NCBI GenBank assembly: GCA_029953675.1
Contig: JAMWBK010000003.1
Location: forward strand, 930,001-994,000
Direction of reading: 5' to 3'
DNA from: Rhodosorus marinus CCMP1338
Lineage: Eukaryota; Plantae; Rhodophyta
Length of the DNA stretch: 64,000 nt
The translations under genes were made by a program, and so were the position numbers. Below, one piece after another: positions 34,633 through 47,205 of the stretch; position 1 is the first letter of the stretch; each line of letters starts with the position of its first letter. The notes beneath the pieces are model-generated. The model was not told where the DNA came from. It worked only from the letters and a program-made list of their open reading frames with translations, and did not search any database.

Positions 34633-35830
34633 CGCAAAAGTTTGGAACTTTTCACTTCCGAACTGAGTGCCAGCTTTCAATTCTCCTGCATTGACCACCA
34701 AGAATCGCAGAGCACGACCTTTGATGCAGCCCCAACTTCCCTCTGGGCCACTTTGCTGCCCATTACTTCCACGGCCGAACACTCATGAACATCCAAAACG
34801 AACTACAGAAATTCAAATCTTTTTCGTAACGGCAAAAGCAGAAAATTCAATAAGTTTATTTAAATTCGTTTGTTTCAGGGTGGGAAGCTAGCCTGCGTAC
34901 AGTTTTTAAATTGGGATGTACAACATATACGCTCTTGCACACTTTTCGATCGTTCGGCAAGTCAAAAAGGAATAGTCACGCGTCTTGATGAATGAGCTAC
35001 GTACTGGAGGAGGGCAAGAGGACAAACGATGAGCTCCAGATAAGCTCTCTCAGGGACTTGATGATGTTAACACTTTCTCAACTGGTGGCTTTTGTATGTT
35101 TTACGATTCTTTAATGGATTTGACAAATGGTTTTAGTTTTAGTTTGTCACCGTTCGCTGGATCTGGACTCGGAAGGAAAACATGTCCTCGTCGTACTGGA
35201 CGATCCCGCCATCATTGGGTTCGTTGTCAAGTATTCGGATGAACCTCTTGTTGCACGCAAGGCTGTCGGAAGCTGCGCAGAGACTGACAGATGGCGCTGG
35301 AGCAACTAGCGGGTCAGGTACAGAGTTTTGCGTGAAAGTACTGGATAGCGCAAATCTTACGTGCCTAGTGGTTGTCTCTAGTACCACAGGCCTGGCTGTT
35401 TAGCGCGCCAAGATATCAGGATTCCGAAAGGGCACGAAAATGTGACCGTAGGATTGCGAGGTTGTGCAGAGCGTCTTGTTTGTACTTGATTTGCGCTTTG
35501 TGTATTGTTGTCATCTTGTCTCCGCTGTCCGCTGTCAAGAATAACTTTGGAATAATGTGAGAGCAATCCGGGACGGAGACGCCGCTCTCACATTGCTTCA
35601 ATCACCTTATGTAGATAGGTTTATTTACTCCCACCTTCACATAGAAAACGGTTTTACTGGTTGAAGTCGGTTGGAAAGCCCAAATTACAATACATGGCAT
35701 ACACTATGTTGCTCGTGTCGTATTGTTGAGGCATTTGTAAAGAATCCAGTACGGAATCAAGAAAACAGACTCTTTCAAAATGTTTGCGGCAAGCTGGCGA
35801 ACAGAGCATAGTGCACACAGTAACCCGTCG

Positions 35831-36007
35831 ATCGCAAGTGTTCTGCTAGTTTCACGATATATCAAACCCTTGCAAAGTTAAGAAGTAATCTTCGTGATGC
35901 GTTGCCGGAGCATAGTGCCCCCAGTAACGTGTCAATCGCAAGCGTTCTGCTAGTTTCGCTATAAATCAAATCCTGGCAAAGTTAAAAAAGAAATCTTCGT
36001 GATGCGT
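35831..36007. repeat. Direct duplication of a ~72-bp segment (period 104 bp) spanning the YIPF6 stop codon
   Basis: ATCGCAAG(T/C)GTTCTGCTAGTTTC...GCAAAGTTAA...ATCTTCGTGATGCGT at 35831-35902 and 35935-36007. Confidence 0.9.
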
Positions 36008-37079
36008 CCCCTTCTTCGAGTATCACTTCGTCATAGTCTCCGACATCAGTAGCGTCTGCGGGGGTCTCGCCGGCTTGCGCAGGTGCCTGGCTATCGGCGG
36101 CAACTCTGTTATGCTGTTGGAATCCGATTAGAATCATCCAGGCTACGCTTAAATAGAAAAGAAGCACAGGATATAGAGCAAGCAATTTCCTTCCGTCCGG
36201 AAACCGCGCGTCAGCCATGAAGCTGGAAGATGCTGTTCGTTGAGGAATTAGGCAATCGTCAGCGAACACGACCCTGTTGCAAACTTTCGTTGGGACAAAC
36301 CTACCCCAGATTGACCAGCTCAAGGCTATTACAACTGAAACGAACTGAAGAATCTCTGCGATAGTGCCTCCGATCACTTTGTTCCAAAGAAAGCAAAGGC
36401 CGGTGCTTATCAGCAGCGGAAAGATGCAGTAGCCGAGCAGGCAAAGCGTCTGGAAGAACGATCTGTGCAGAGCAGGGGAAGCGGATGAGTTTTGCAAATC
36501 ATCAGAAAACTCAAGGAAGTGGGTTCAGATAGAATGGAGCTGCAAAAAAAAAAAACCAACATTTTTCCGCCTAGCAACTGGGCATTGATCGTCACTACTG
36601 CAGAACCCGCCCAGACGACTACGAAAATTACTGAGAACACTAGGCTTGCGTCATCGTTTGCTACAACACTTAGAATGATAGCCAGCGACATGCAGATGAA
36701 AAGCGGTCCCCACAGTTCCCAATCTCGAAGCTCAGCTTGGATCTGCTCCTATAAACGACGAAAAACCAGTTGCGGCCCCGGGGAGAGAAAGACGACTTAG
36801 TACACATACGACCGCAAAGCAAAAAATCTCGAGGCATAGCTCTTACCGTGGACAGCCCAGGTAGCACAACCAGCTTTAGCCTTCTACCGACCTGGATTGG
36901 ATCATCAGAGGAGACAACAGACAACGAACGGACTTCAGCCCAAGGCAAATCGAGGACGCAAAACAGCACTCTCACTAACATCCACCTACCTGAATAATAT
37001 CTCGCTTAATCGATTCCCAGACAGATTCATCAATTGTAGAATCCAAAGTACTTTCTTGCATTTCAAACGGATTTGCCAT
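35982..37079 (-). CDS. YIPF6: Yip1-domain Golgi protein (YIPF6-like), 5 exons
   Basis: TIDESVWESIKRD, LRDWELWGPLFICMSLAI, FVVVWAGSAVVTINAQLLGG, SFFQTLCLLGYCIFPL, LALYPVLLFY. Confidence 0.92.
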
Positions 37080-37799
37080 GTTTCCTCACCACCTGCAAAC
37101 CCCTCCACCCAAACCCCAGTTCTAACGATCCAAACAGCTACAATTCAAAACAAAACACGCTAATCTTCCACAGATATCCTCCTAAACATCATAACCCTAC
37201 TCCAAACAGAAAGATCCATCTCAGACGATAACCTAGGCGTTCCTATTCACCCTCTTCTTTCTAAATCGATCCCAAATCCATCCACAGTGAACTTCTTCAC
37301 CAGCACGTCCAAAAGCAACATAAACCAAATAATAAGAAAATCCATAAAAATTCCAATTGCCGAGTTTCTTGACGTGTGTCAAGACCGCTGACAAGAAATT
37401 TATTGGACAGGCTGTCCATTCAGAGTGGAAGAATTTGAATCTTAGCTTCTCCTTGGTCTCAGACTATGATCGAAAGTCAAGGTCAGAGCGAGCTTATGAA
37501 GGATAACGGGCATCGGGATGCCATAGCCATAGCTGACTTCACGGCCATGGAAGATCTACTTCAACTGGGAAAAAGATCACGAATGAGGCGACAGGCCCTG
37601 TCAAGCTGTGCCTTGCCGTATTGGCGCATCCGTTCAAGATGGTAGCCTGAAGCGACCGCCACTCCTGTAGCTTCAATCGTAATACCAGTGAAATTAGATC
37701 TTCGATCGCCGAAATGAACCTTGACTTTCGATCAGGAAAATGAAGTAAATTTCCCGATCTTCAGTTTGTAGGTAGTCCTTCTTAGTCCGTTAAGCTTCT

Positions 37800-39100
37800 G
37801 GCTTTTTATTCACGGGCGCATTAGCCAAGCACAATCGCTGGGTATTTATACTCGCGTGGAAACGCTCAGGAACAGGCAACTCGCGCCAGAGGCGCCTTTC
37901 TCAATGCTGAAAGCAAGGAAGCTATATGTTTAGAAACACCCGATTGTTCGTCAGCCCTTCCCTACAAGTCGCGCCTTGTACTTTGGAAAAAGCCCAGCAG
38001 CGTCTTTTATTCTGACCAAAACCCGTTTCATTCGGACCTAATCCTTTGCGGTTGGTAGCTCTCGTACGGGATTCCAGGTTTGCTTTGCTCTCAAGCTTTG
38101 CAAATCTGTTTGAACGGCACTTCGCCACTCCTCGTCGTCACAGAAAAGGTTCAATGATAAGAGGGAGTTTCCGTCGTCGTTGCTGTGCAGCTTCTGGGGA
38201 GCATGAAAGGACGAGTGAGTTACGAATTGATGACGATTTTGTATTGTTTGTTGCTTCAAAGTTTTGTTTTGCTTTCTTTTTGTTTGGCACCTTTTATTTC
38301 ATCATCCCGTTTGTGGTTAAGCCATCCGCCGTGGATGAGGCTCTGGTCTTTTCTGCGGTAGCGCGCTCATGCACCCCTTTTTTGGTTTTGGCCTATCTAC
38401 TGCGTTTTGGGTTTTGCTGTGTGGATAAGCATCTGTACGCTGCGAATGGTGCCCAATGCACGGTCGCAACTCCCTGCTTAACCTAGCGTCCGGGTCCGTG
38501 CCTGCAGGACCAAATCCGCCAAGAAAAGCTAGATTCGTCTTTATGAGAGGTTTCTTTCCCTTCAGCTTGAAATCAGAGTGAAAATTTTTTTTGGCCAAGA
38601 GGTTGTCTTCGGTCTCAGTGGACATTTGACAGCATCTGCTGATCACGGCAGGTTTTTTCGCATGTTAAACCTCAGGCTTGCTGGCCTTTTGAGACGGCGC
38701 CTAGGTATTATTCTAGTCGATTGAAAGCGCTCTGCACGCTGAGGGAATTCATCCGAATTCTGGATGTAGTCGACTATCGGACATCCGCTTGGCCCGGATA
38801 TGATACGCTCTGTCAAATTCCACCACTCTTGTTCTTGAATTCCTAGCACAAGGGACAGAACTACTGCCTATCCTGCCCAATCCCATCCACTAGGCACAGA
38901 TTGCCCTCTTAGACACGCTGTCCCAGAGAACAATGTGAGACCGTCTTGTAGCTAAGTGCATGTGGCCAGTTCTTCGCTTCGAGGATTGTCCTCAAGCACA
39001 TCTTCATTAGCTACGTAAAGACATCTGAAGAACCGCTAAAGTCGACGAATAAGCCTTTGAATTCTATATAGCACATACAAACATTTTCAGGAGGTGGATT
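37800..39100 (-). mobile_element. Decayed Ty1/copia LTR-retrotransposon relic (integrase then RT); boundaries uncertain
   Basis: EEWRSAVQTDLQSLRAKQTWNPVRELPTAKD*VRMKRVLVRIKDAAGLFPKYKARLVGKG* (38130-37951) follows the copia RT N-terminus, W..AM..E..SL....TW.LV.LP...RYKARLVAKG. Upstream RTRVVEFD / PQRAERF / LAFLGGFG pieces resemble integrase. There are many stops and frameshifts. Confidence 0.75.
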
Positions 39101-40997
39101 GCCCGGGAGCAGGTGGCCATGCAGAATCTACAATTTCGGAATTCCTGCTTGGTCCAAAGCTCTTTGGGGGCGCTGGTCTCACTAGGACATGTTTCCTAAA
39201 GCATTTCCAGAATACATCCGCTTGAGAATGCGGAATCTTATTATCACCGAATTCAATAGCTGGTTCCACCATGCTATTTCCGACAAGTAAAGGGGAGAAT
39301 TGAGCAGATAGGGCAGTCCAACTGTTGGAACTCCAACAGTTCTGGACGAAAAACAGAGAGTGGAGAAACTTCATGATATCCAATAAGTGAAAGTCTTTAG
39401 GCGGGAGAGGTTAGTGAAAGCAATAGTGCGGCGACTTCGATCAACTCTTCGCGGAAAAGCCCTCAGTCGTCGCCGGCTTACCCAAAAGGCTTGAAAGTCA
39501 ATATACCTGTTCGCCATTGGCTCATGGAGTGCAGTAATCGGGACATAATCAATTATATTCATACACATGTCCTATGACAAATTTTGATTGGATTGTTATC
39601 AATATTTAACAAAATTCTATTACCTATATGTACGAAGGTAATTCCATTTCTAGGTCTTTTTTCTTCTTTATTCAGTTTCAGCCAAAATTTGGCAATATTT
39701 CTGTACAGAAAATGGATCCTGAACTCAAATCCTTTTGAAATGTCCAACAGAGCCTGGCAATCCTCTGTGTATTGGACGACACAATTTGTTGTGGAAACAA
39801 AATGAAATGTAAGTTGTTCTAGAATGAACTTACATTTCCGAATCCAGCGTATAAAACTCGAGCTATTTAAGATTTATAATGATTGAACTCTTCATATTTT
39901 GACCAATAGATGTACCGAAACGTTTTATACCATCCAATAGATATCCTTCTTCTTCACGACATCACATCCTCGGATCTTCCGTGTTTGGAAAGTTTTTCCC
40001 GACCCTCACCGAAACTTCTCGTGCGTCGCAGAAAAAAATCAACTCCAAAAAAACCATGACATGAACAAATCCCCCCTTGTTTTTCTCAAGCAAAACTTGA
40101 ATTCCAAGAATCATGGGTCCCAAAAAGGATAGTAGGGGTATTGCAAGGTGCTTTTTTTTTTCTTTGGTTCTCACCCCATATGCTTCGTTGGAGGGGTGTT
40201 CGAGAAAGCGGGTAGGGAGCGGGTGAGTATTCAGTCCAAAACACAATCAATTAAAACAACAATTGTTCTTAAAATAATGGAATGTTCTGAAGCAGCCGTC
40301 TATTTTTTTTCTGTAAGTCAACGTTTTGACGAAAATGGTGAGAGAGAGGCTCTTTTTGTTGTGTTTTCAGAATATGCGTAAAAAATGCTAGGTTTTAGCG
40401 ATGGGGAGGAAGCCTAACGAAACCCAAACGGGCTTGAAAAAGGGGTTGTTTTTGAGGTTTCATTTACAAGGGTTGGAATTTTTTGTTGGGAAGGAGAGGG
40501 GAGGAGAGGGGAAAGGGGGGAGGAGTGGTGTTTTTTTAGTGTTGAAAGAAGGATATGTAAATTTTCGTGTTTAAATGTGGAGATTTTCTTGTTGGAAAAG
40601 GGGAAGAAGAGAGAATGGGAAGGGTGGGGTTTTTTGTTGTTTTGTTTTCGTTTTTTTTTGCTTTGTTTCGGATGAGGTTGGTTATCTGTTGAGTATTTGT
40701 TTGGATTGAGGATTGAGGAGGAGGAGGGTGTCCAGAAGTGTTGGTGGGGGAGGGGGGGGGAGGGTGCGTGGTGAAGGATTTGGTTATCGACGGAGGCTGT
40801 TCGGGTGGCTTTTTGTTGTTTGGGTTTGTTTTCGTTTTAATCGTTGATGTGGGTGGCGTCTTTGTTGAAGGTTGGGGTTTGGTGGTTTTGAGTTTCTCGT
40901 GTTTTTTTTTGGCCTTTTGAAGGTGTCCTCTCTGGGTTTGGATGGGTGAACTGAGGGGAAGGAAGGGTTCGTAAACAATAGATGGGTATCGCGGGGC

Positions 40998-43900
40998 ATG
41001 GACTCGCGCGATAGGGAGCGCTCGAAAAGAGGTAGGGAGCAGAGAAAAGCGTCTGAACGAAAGGACAGACGAAGACAAGGAACGAGTGGGGAAATTTCGG
41101 CTAGTCGTACAAGCGACGGAATAACTACGAACAGTAGAGCCGCTTCGGGTACTGGTACCGGACGGAGTCGCTCTACTTGTGCGCCCAGCTCTTCCACTGC
41201 GAAAAGGAAAGCTCGCGAGGTGAGGGGCTTCTACCCTGGCGCTCATTCGCCGCCGGGCAGGTCTCAAGATCCTCTTTGCGCACCTACCGGAGCGTTGAAG
41301 TTTTCTCGAGGCGAAGTGGAAGCGGAAGACAAGAAACCTGTCTCCCCTGAGAGGAACACCCGAAGCAGAGGTGAATCAGTTGTTAATAGTGAGAAGCCGA
41401 CTCTGAAGCAGACACCGGTGCGGAGAGGTAGACGGAGAAGGTCTGGTGGATTACAACGTGAGGAGAAGAACCGAGAAAACAAGCGTCCGCGCCCAGATAG
41501 ATCGCTGATGGAGCCAAGAGCTGGAAGCAGTGCGAACGATATTCCTATGAACCCTGATGATGACGGACCAAGTTCTGGTGACAGTGACCGCGGAGCAAGC
41601 GCCCTTAAGGGTCTCCTACATAGGCTTAGTTCGGTAAGATTAATGGATATGGTTCTCTTCAGGTTTCTGTCGGTAGCTATCATGCGCCTCAGAGCTGTGT
41701 AAAGAGTATCCCCCTACGCAGTCTTCCGTACGGGGCACTTCGTAGAGGTTCGTTGTGCAACACAGCTTGGGCGGTAATTAACGATTTTTGTTTTTCGCTT
41801 GCTCTCTGTTCCGTGTATTCTGCAGGGTTTCGACGACCTGCTCCCTGGAGGTGATCCCGGATTTTCAATGGTTCGGAGGATTCTTTCTATTCTGAACACT
41901 CCCTCAGGGGACACTCGAAAGATCCAGGCACTGACCGAGCTCTGTGAGCTAATTTCAGTTGGCACGGAGGAGAGTATGTCATCACTGTCCGTGGAGGCCA
42001 TCGTCCCCGTAGTGGTAGGGCATTTAGGCCCTGAGAACTCCCCTGATGTAAGGTTGCTGGCCGCTCGAGCTCTAACGCACCTTATGGACGCACTCCCGGC
42101 GTCTAGTGCGATCATTTCACACAATGGGGCGGCTGTGGCTCTATGTGCAACTTTGCACGCCATTGAGTACATTGATCTTGCCGAACAGTCTCTGTACGCG
42201 TTGGAGAAGTTGAGCGTCGATCATTCACAACCGATAGTCCGCGCTGGAGGATTCGCGGCTGCTCTCGTATTCTTCGATTTCTTTGCGCTTGGCGTTCAAA
42301 GGATTGCAGCGTCGCTGGCGTGCAACTTGTGCCAAGGAACACCTGCCGATTGTTTTTCCATGGTGATGGAAGTTCTTCCAATCTTTTCCGTGTTGTTGGA
42401 GTCTGAGGACCAGAGGATAAGAGAATCGGCAATGTGCGGATTCTCTAAACTTACTGATTCATTTAAGAGTGATTCGTCAAAGCTTATGACCATCTGCGGA
42501 ACTGACTTTGCCTTGTTGGACAAGACTATCAGCTTCATTACTGCGCTTTCGCCTACAAAGCTGTCGTCAACTGCTTTTACTGCGGCGCTGAGGATGCTGG
42601 GAATTTTTGCAAGGTGGAGCGCGGAGCTGTCCGAGGCAATGCTAGAAAGAGAGACCTTGCTTTTGGAGCTCAAGAGACTTGTTCAGGACATCTCCTCACC
42701 GGGAAATCCTGAGAGCTTGCTAGTAGCGGAATCGTTGCTACCACCCAGAGATATACAAGAGGATGAGGAGCTGAGCAAGCTTCGGAGGACAAAGGGAAGC
42801 CTTTCCAGCGGGGCGTTATTTACGAGGGCCGCTGCTGCGAAGCGAAAATTCCTGACGGAGAAGCCGCAGCTGTTGCAAAACTTTGGGGACTGTCTTTTCA
42901 AGTGCCTTTTATCGAACATGGATAGTTCTATAAGCTTCTTCCCAAAGAAGATCACTGTTTCAACATTGGCTAAATTCGTTCACAATGCTCCCGCGAATGT
43001 CCTAAATAGTCTGATCGTCTCAGGCGAAGTGATCGACTCTGAGAAGCAGGTTCCAACAGCACAATTTGCGTCTCAAGTGGCCAGCCTTTTGGGAGAGAAT
43101 GGGTTTTCGTTCGAGTTGATCGCTGGGATAGTCTTGCTTTCCTCTGCACTTGAGAAGCTAGGTGGAGAGTTAAGAATTTTGTTGATAAGAGAAGGAGTGT
43201 TGCATCATTTGCACCGACTTGCAACACTCGGTGGAGATAAGGAAGACGGAAATGAATCGAAAGCCCAAGGTTCTGGTAATGGGATGATCGAAGGTGTTGA
43301 CACTGAGAAGGATAGAGGGTCATCATTTTCGAAGTCCAAGAACGACTACATTGGGAAGACGTCAAGGTCAATTTTGTCGATGTACTATAGCGATGAGCTT
43401 ACCGCGAATGAGACCGCTGTGTTAACAGAATTCAAGGAAATCCGAAATCGTATGGAAAATCAAGAATCTTTCGAGGAGCTTCTGGCATCTCTCTCTCGTT
43501 TCAACGCAATGCTCAGCGGGTCGCAGGGAATGACGACCTATGAGCTTAAGGAGAGTGGTCTTATTGGTGCCCTTTTGAACTTCTTTGAGGCTGACGGTTC
43601 TGATTCACAGAAGCTAGACCGGTTAAAGATGTTTCAATCATGCTTTGCAACACCACAAAAGGAGTCCTTTGCGTTGCTTTGCGATCGCGTGTATGGCGTA
43701 CTGGCTGCGGAGGATAAGTTATCTGTATCCGTCAACGAGAGCTCAAGTGGGAATATGGTTTCTATTGCCTCGGGATTGCGGCAATTGACTCAGCCAATAA
43801 AGCTCAGATTGAAAAGGGCTCCACTAGGTGAAGGCGGCCAGCACTTGGAGGATTATTCACACAACGTAGTCGTAATCGAACCCTTCACGACGTTTCGGAG

Positions 43901-46745
43901 TGTTGAAGATTTTCTCTGGCTCCGTGTGAAGACTCCGGAGGCCGTGAACGTTATATCCGAGAAGTTGAGCGGGTCAGGAGCGGAGGAGAGACGAAGAGAA
44001 TCGGCCGAGCAGGAATTGGTCCATGAAAACATGTTTGAGGACAGCGAAGAGATTGTGAATGATGGCGTTTTTCATATCGAAGATGAGGATGATGACGACG
44101 ACGACGATGACGATGATGATGACGACGACGACGACGATGACGACGACGATGATGACGACGATGATGACGACGACGGCAATGATCCTCATCACGACGCCGG
44201 CTTTGAAGAGGAAAACGAAGATATGGAAATTGATAATGAAGACGAAGCATCTGCCGATAAATCAGGGTCGGAAGAAGGGATGGATGATGACGTGGATAAT
44301 GACGACAATGATGAGCTGAGCGTGGACACGGATGACTTTGGAGTTGAGCATATGGGTACGTCTTTGCCCGTTATCGAGCTCGACTTGGATCGTGTGCCAT
44401 CTCGTGGAAAGTCTCCAAATAGCAGAGTCTCTCGGGACAGTGTCCGAGATGGAACTGGCAGCTCCTCCTCGCCCAAGTCGTATGCAGCGGTAGCAAGCGA
44501 AGGGGGAAGCTCCTCCGGGCAAGCTCAGCGTGGTTCATCGAATGCGGAAAATCATGGCCATCAGTCCGCCGAAAAACTTGTCATCATGTACAACGGATCC
44601 AAAATATCTCGTGACTGGACAATTTTCCAGGGCGTTCTTTTCAAAACGAGAGCCGCGCGCACCGCAGAAGGTCACATACATAGCCATCATGGACGCCATA
44701 GTGGGAGGACTTGCTCGTACTTGTGGGAAGACATTCACACCCTGACATATGCACTTAGCACGGAGGTTAACCCCGAGGAAGCTGCGGAGAAAGGAGATGC
44801 TGTGGGATCCGAGATTGCAGACATCAAGACGGATTTCCCGGGCGTCTCGGAGCATTGGGTTAGAGTGGGCGATTCGAGAGCTCAGTTGCCGTCCTCGAAA
44901 CCGCTAGAGGACTCCTCCGATGAGATGCGGGAAACTATCCAGTTGTGTCAGTACTTGCATTGGGTAAATATTCACGCTGCAGATTTGAGCAATGAAGTAA
45001 CCTCGCAGCTACTACCAGAAGCTGCATTTGTAAGTAGGAGCTTGACAGGGAAATTGTTACGCCAGCTCTCGGATGCGATTAGCCTCTGCGGTGGTATGAC
45101 CCCGAAGTGGGTGTTTTCTGTGGCAAGAAATGTACATTTCCTTTTCACTTTTGATGCTCGACTGTCGCTTTTACAGTCCACGGCACTCGGGCTCGCGAGA
45201 ACACTTCACCGGCTGCAGGAACGGGCGGATGCGGCAAACGCCAGCGGCGGCGGTCGCAGTTCAGGCTCGCACCGTGAGGGTGTTAGACGCATAGCCAGAA
45301 TTCCTAGGCAGAAAGTCAGAATCGACAGATCTAGAGTACTCGAGTCGGCTTACGAGGTTATGAGCATGTACTCGAGCTACAAGAGTATGCTGGAGATTGA
45401 GTACTACAGCGAGGCTGGAACTGGCCTGGGACCAACACTAGAGTTTTATACGATGGTTTCGCGAGAATTGCAGAGGGAGGAGTTGGGTCTTTGGAGAAGC
45501 AAGGGGACGGTGAGAGTCCCATTGAGTAATGACGTGAAGTCGCTCCCGAAACTTCGCAGCAGAAGCAAAGCCTCAACTGAGGGATCGAAGAAAGCCTATG
45601 TAGAGTATATCGTGTCCACATCTGACGGCCTGTTTCCGTCACCCTTGGCCGGAGGGGAGTCGAAGGCGATCACTGCTGTTCTCGCGGCTTTTCGTTTCCT
45701 GGGAAGGCTCAGCGGCAAGGCGCTAACGGATGGAAGGCTGTTGGATTTACGAATGTCCGACGAATTCAATAAGCTCGTACTCCTTTGTGCTGCTGGTGCT
45801 AGCGGGAAGGAACAGAAAGCGAGGACTCACGACGACTTCCTTCTGCCAGAAATGCCGTTTGTTGAGTACGATCTTCGTGCGCTGAGCTCTGTGGACCGAA
45901 TTCTAGCCAAGTCCTTGAACGACCTCAAAGCCACGGACAGAGCTCTAGTTGAAGACCTGTGCCTCTTCTTCGTGTTGCCTGGGAATGACGATATCGAACT
46001 CGTCAAGGGCGGCAAGGACAAGGCTGTGACGGGGGAGAACCTCGATTCATATATTCATGCGGTTATCACCTACGTGCTCTTCGAAGGTGTGAAGAAGCAA
46101 GTAGCAGAGTTTGTTGAAGGTTTCAACGAAGTTATGGATTGTGAGGTATTGCTCTACTTCCAGCCGCAAGAGCTTAATATGATATTCTGCGGGCCTGAAC
46201 GAGAGGAGTGGACGGTGCCATTCTTAACTCAATCGACAAGGTCAGTTTCGCCGTCTACACCCGCTCATAGTTGAGTTTTTCCCCTTTTTTTGTCGCCCAC
46301 TTAGCTCTTCGTCTTTTGAATTCTCTTCGCAGGTGTGACCACGGGTACACCCAAGAAAGCACGTCCGTGCTGAACCTCTTCAGAATTCTGTCCGAACTTG
46401 ATACGGAGGATCACCGGAGGTTCTTGCAATTTGCAACAGGTTAGCAGATCGTTAATATTTCTGAACAGTCCTTTTTCGAACAGGTCGCTAACTCTCCAAG
46501 TCGCGAATACGTTTCCCGGAACAGGGTCCCCGCGTTTGCCTGTTGGCGGTCTTGCCAATTTACAACCTCGACTAACTATAGTGAAGCGGACTCCCGAACA
46601 GGGTCGGTCCGTTGACGAAACTCTACCTACAGTTATGACTTGCACAAACTACCTTAAGCTTCCCGACTACAGCTCTATCCACATAGCAAGAGAGCGGTTG
46701 TTGTACGCCATTCGTGAAGGTCAGGGAAGCTTCGACCTCTCTTAG
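40998..46745 (+). CDS. UPL3: HECT E3 ubiquitin ligase, UPL3/TRIP12/Ufd4 family (ARM repeats + HECT), 4 exons
   Basis: [78 protein letters not shown], catalytic [22 protein letters not shown]. Introns at 41634-41825, 46241-46332 and about 46440-46524. Confidence 0.96.
44088..44174 (+). repeat. Poly-aspartate tract (29 consecutive GAT/GAC codons) inside UPL3
   Basis: An 87-nt run of mixed GAT/GAC codons. Confidence 0.95.
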
Positions 46746-47205
46746 ATAGAACAAAGCAGTAAATAATACGAAACTGAGCCGCTTCCGGTAAAAATGAGTG
46801 GCCGTGGTGCCCTGCCTACCAAGCAGAGGTATCCCAAGCTTATGGACATTTCATCCTGTGGCAAAAGTCGCTTAGAATCTCATACATTTCTTGACAGGAG
46901 GAAGTGCTACACCCTCAAAAAAGTAGGCGCTGAAACTCTCCCACAAAAAAAAACAACGGATAGCAAAGTCCTTGGAACTCCGAGACAGTGCGTTAATGGA
47001 GCTAAGGTGGTGCAATCTACCAATTCATGCATCAGCAGTTTGAGAATTCGACGATTGAAGCATTGCAAGCCGCACTCCTAAGTCTCCAGGCTATCGTCGA
47101 AAAATCAAGGGTTCGCCAAGCGGGATCGTCCGGAAGAGCCACTCTCTCATGGACACCACACATCGCCCAGGGTTCAGCATGTCCTGTCCACTTTTTGCTT
47201 GCCGA

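Noticed and set aside
34900-35600. Small ORFs on both strands (SNARE-like TM, RWD-like guesses)
   Set aside because: No consistent exon chain or diagnostic motif.
40536-41267. 243-aa Thr/Lys/Pro-rich minus-strand ORF
   Set aside because: It is the antisense reading of the G/T-rich UPL3 leader.
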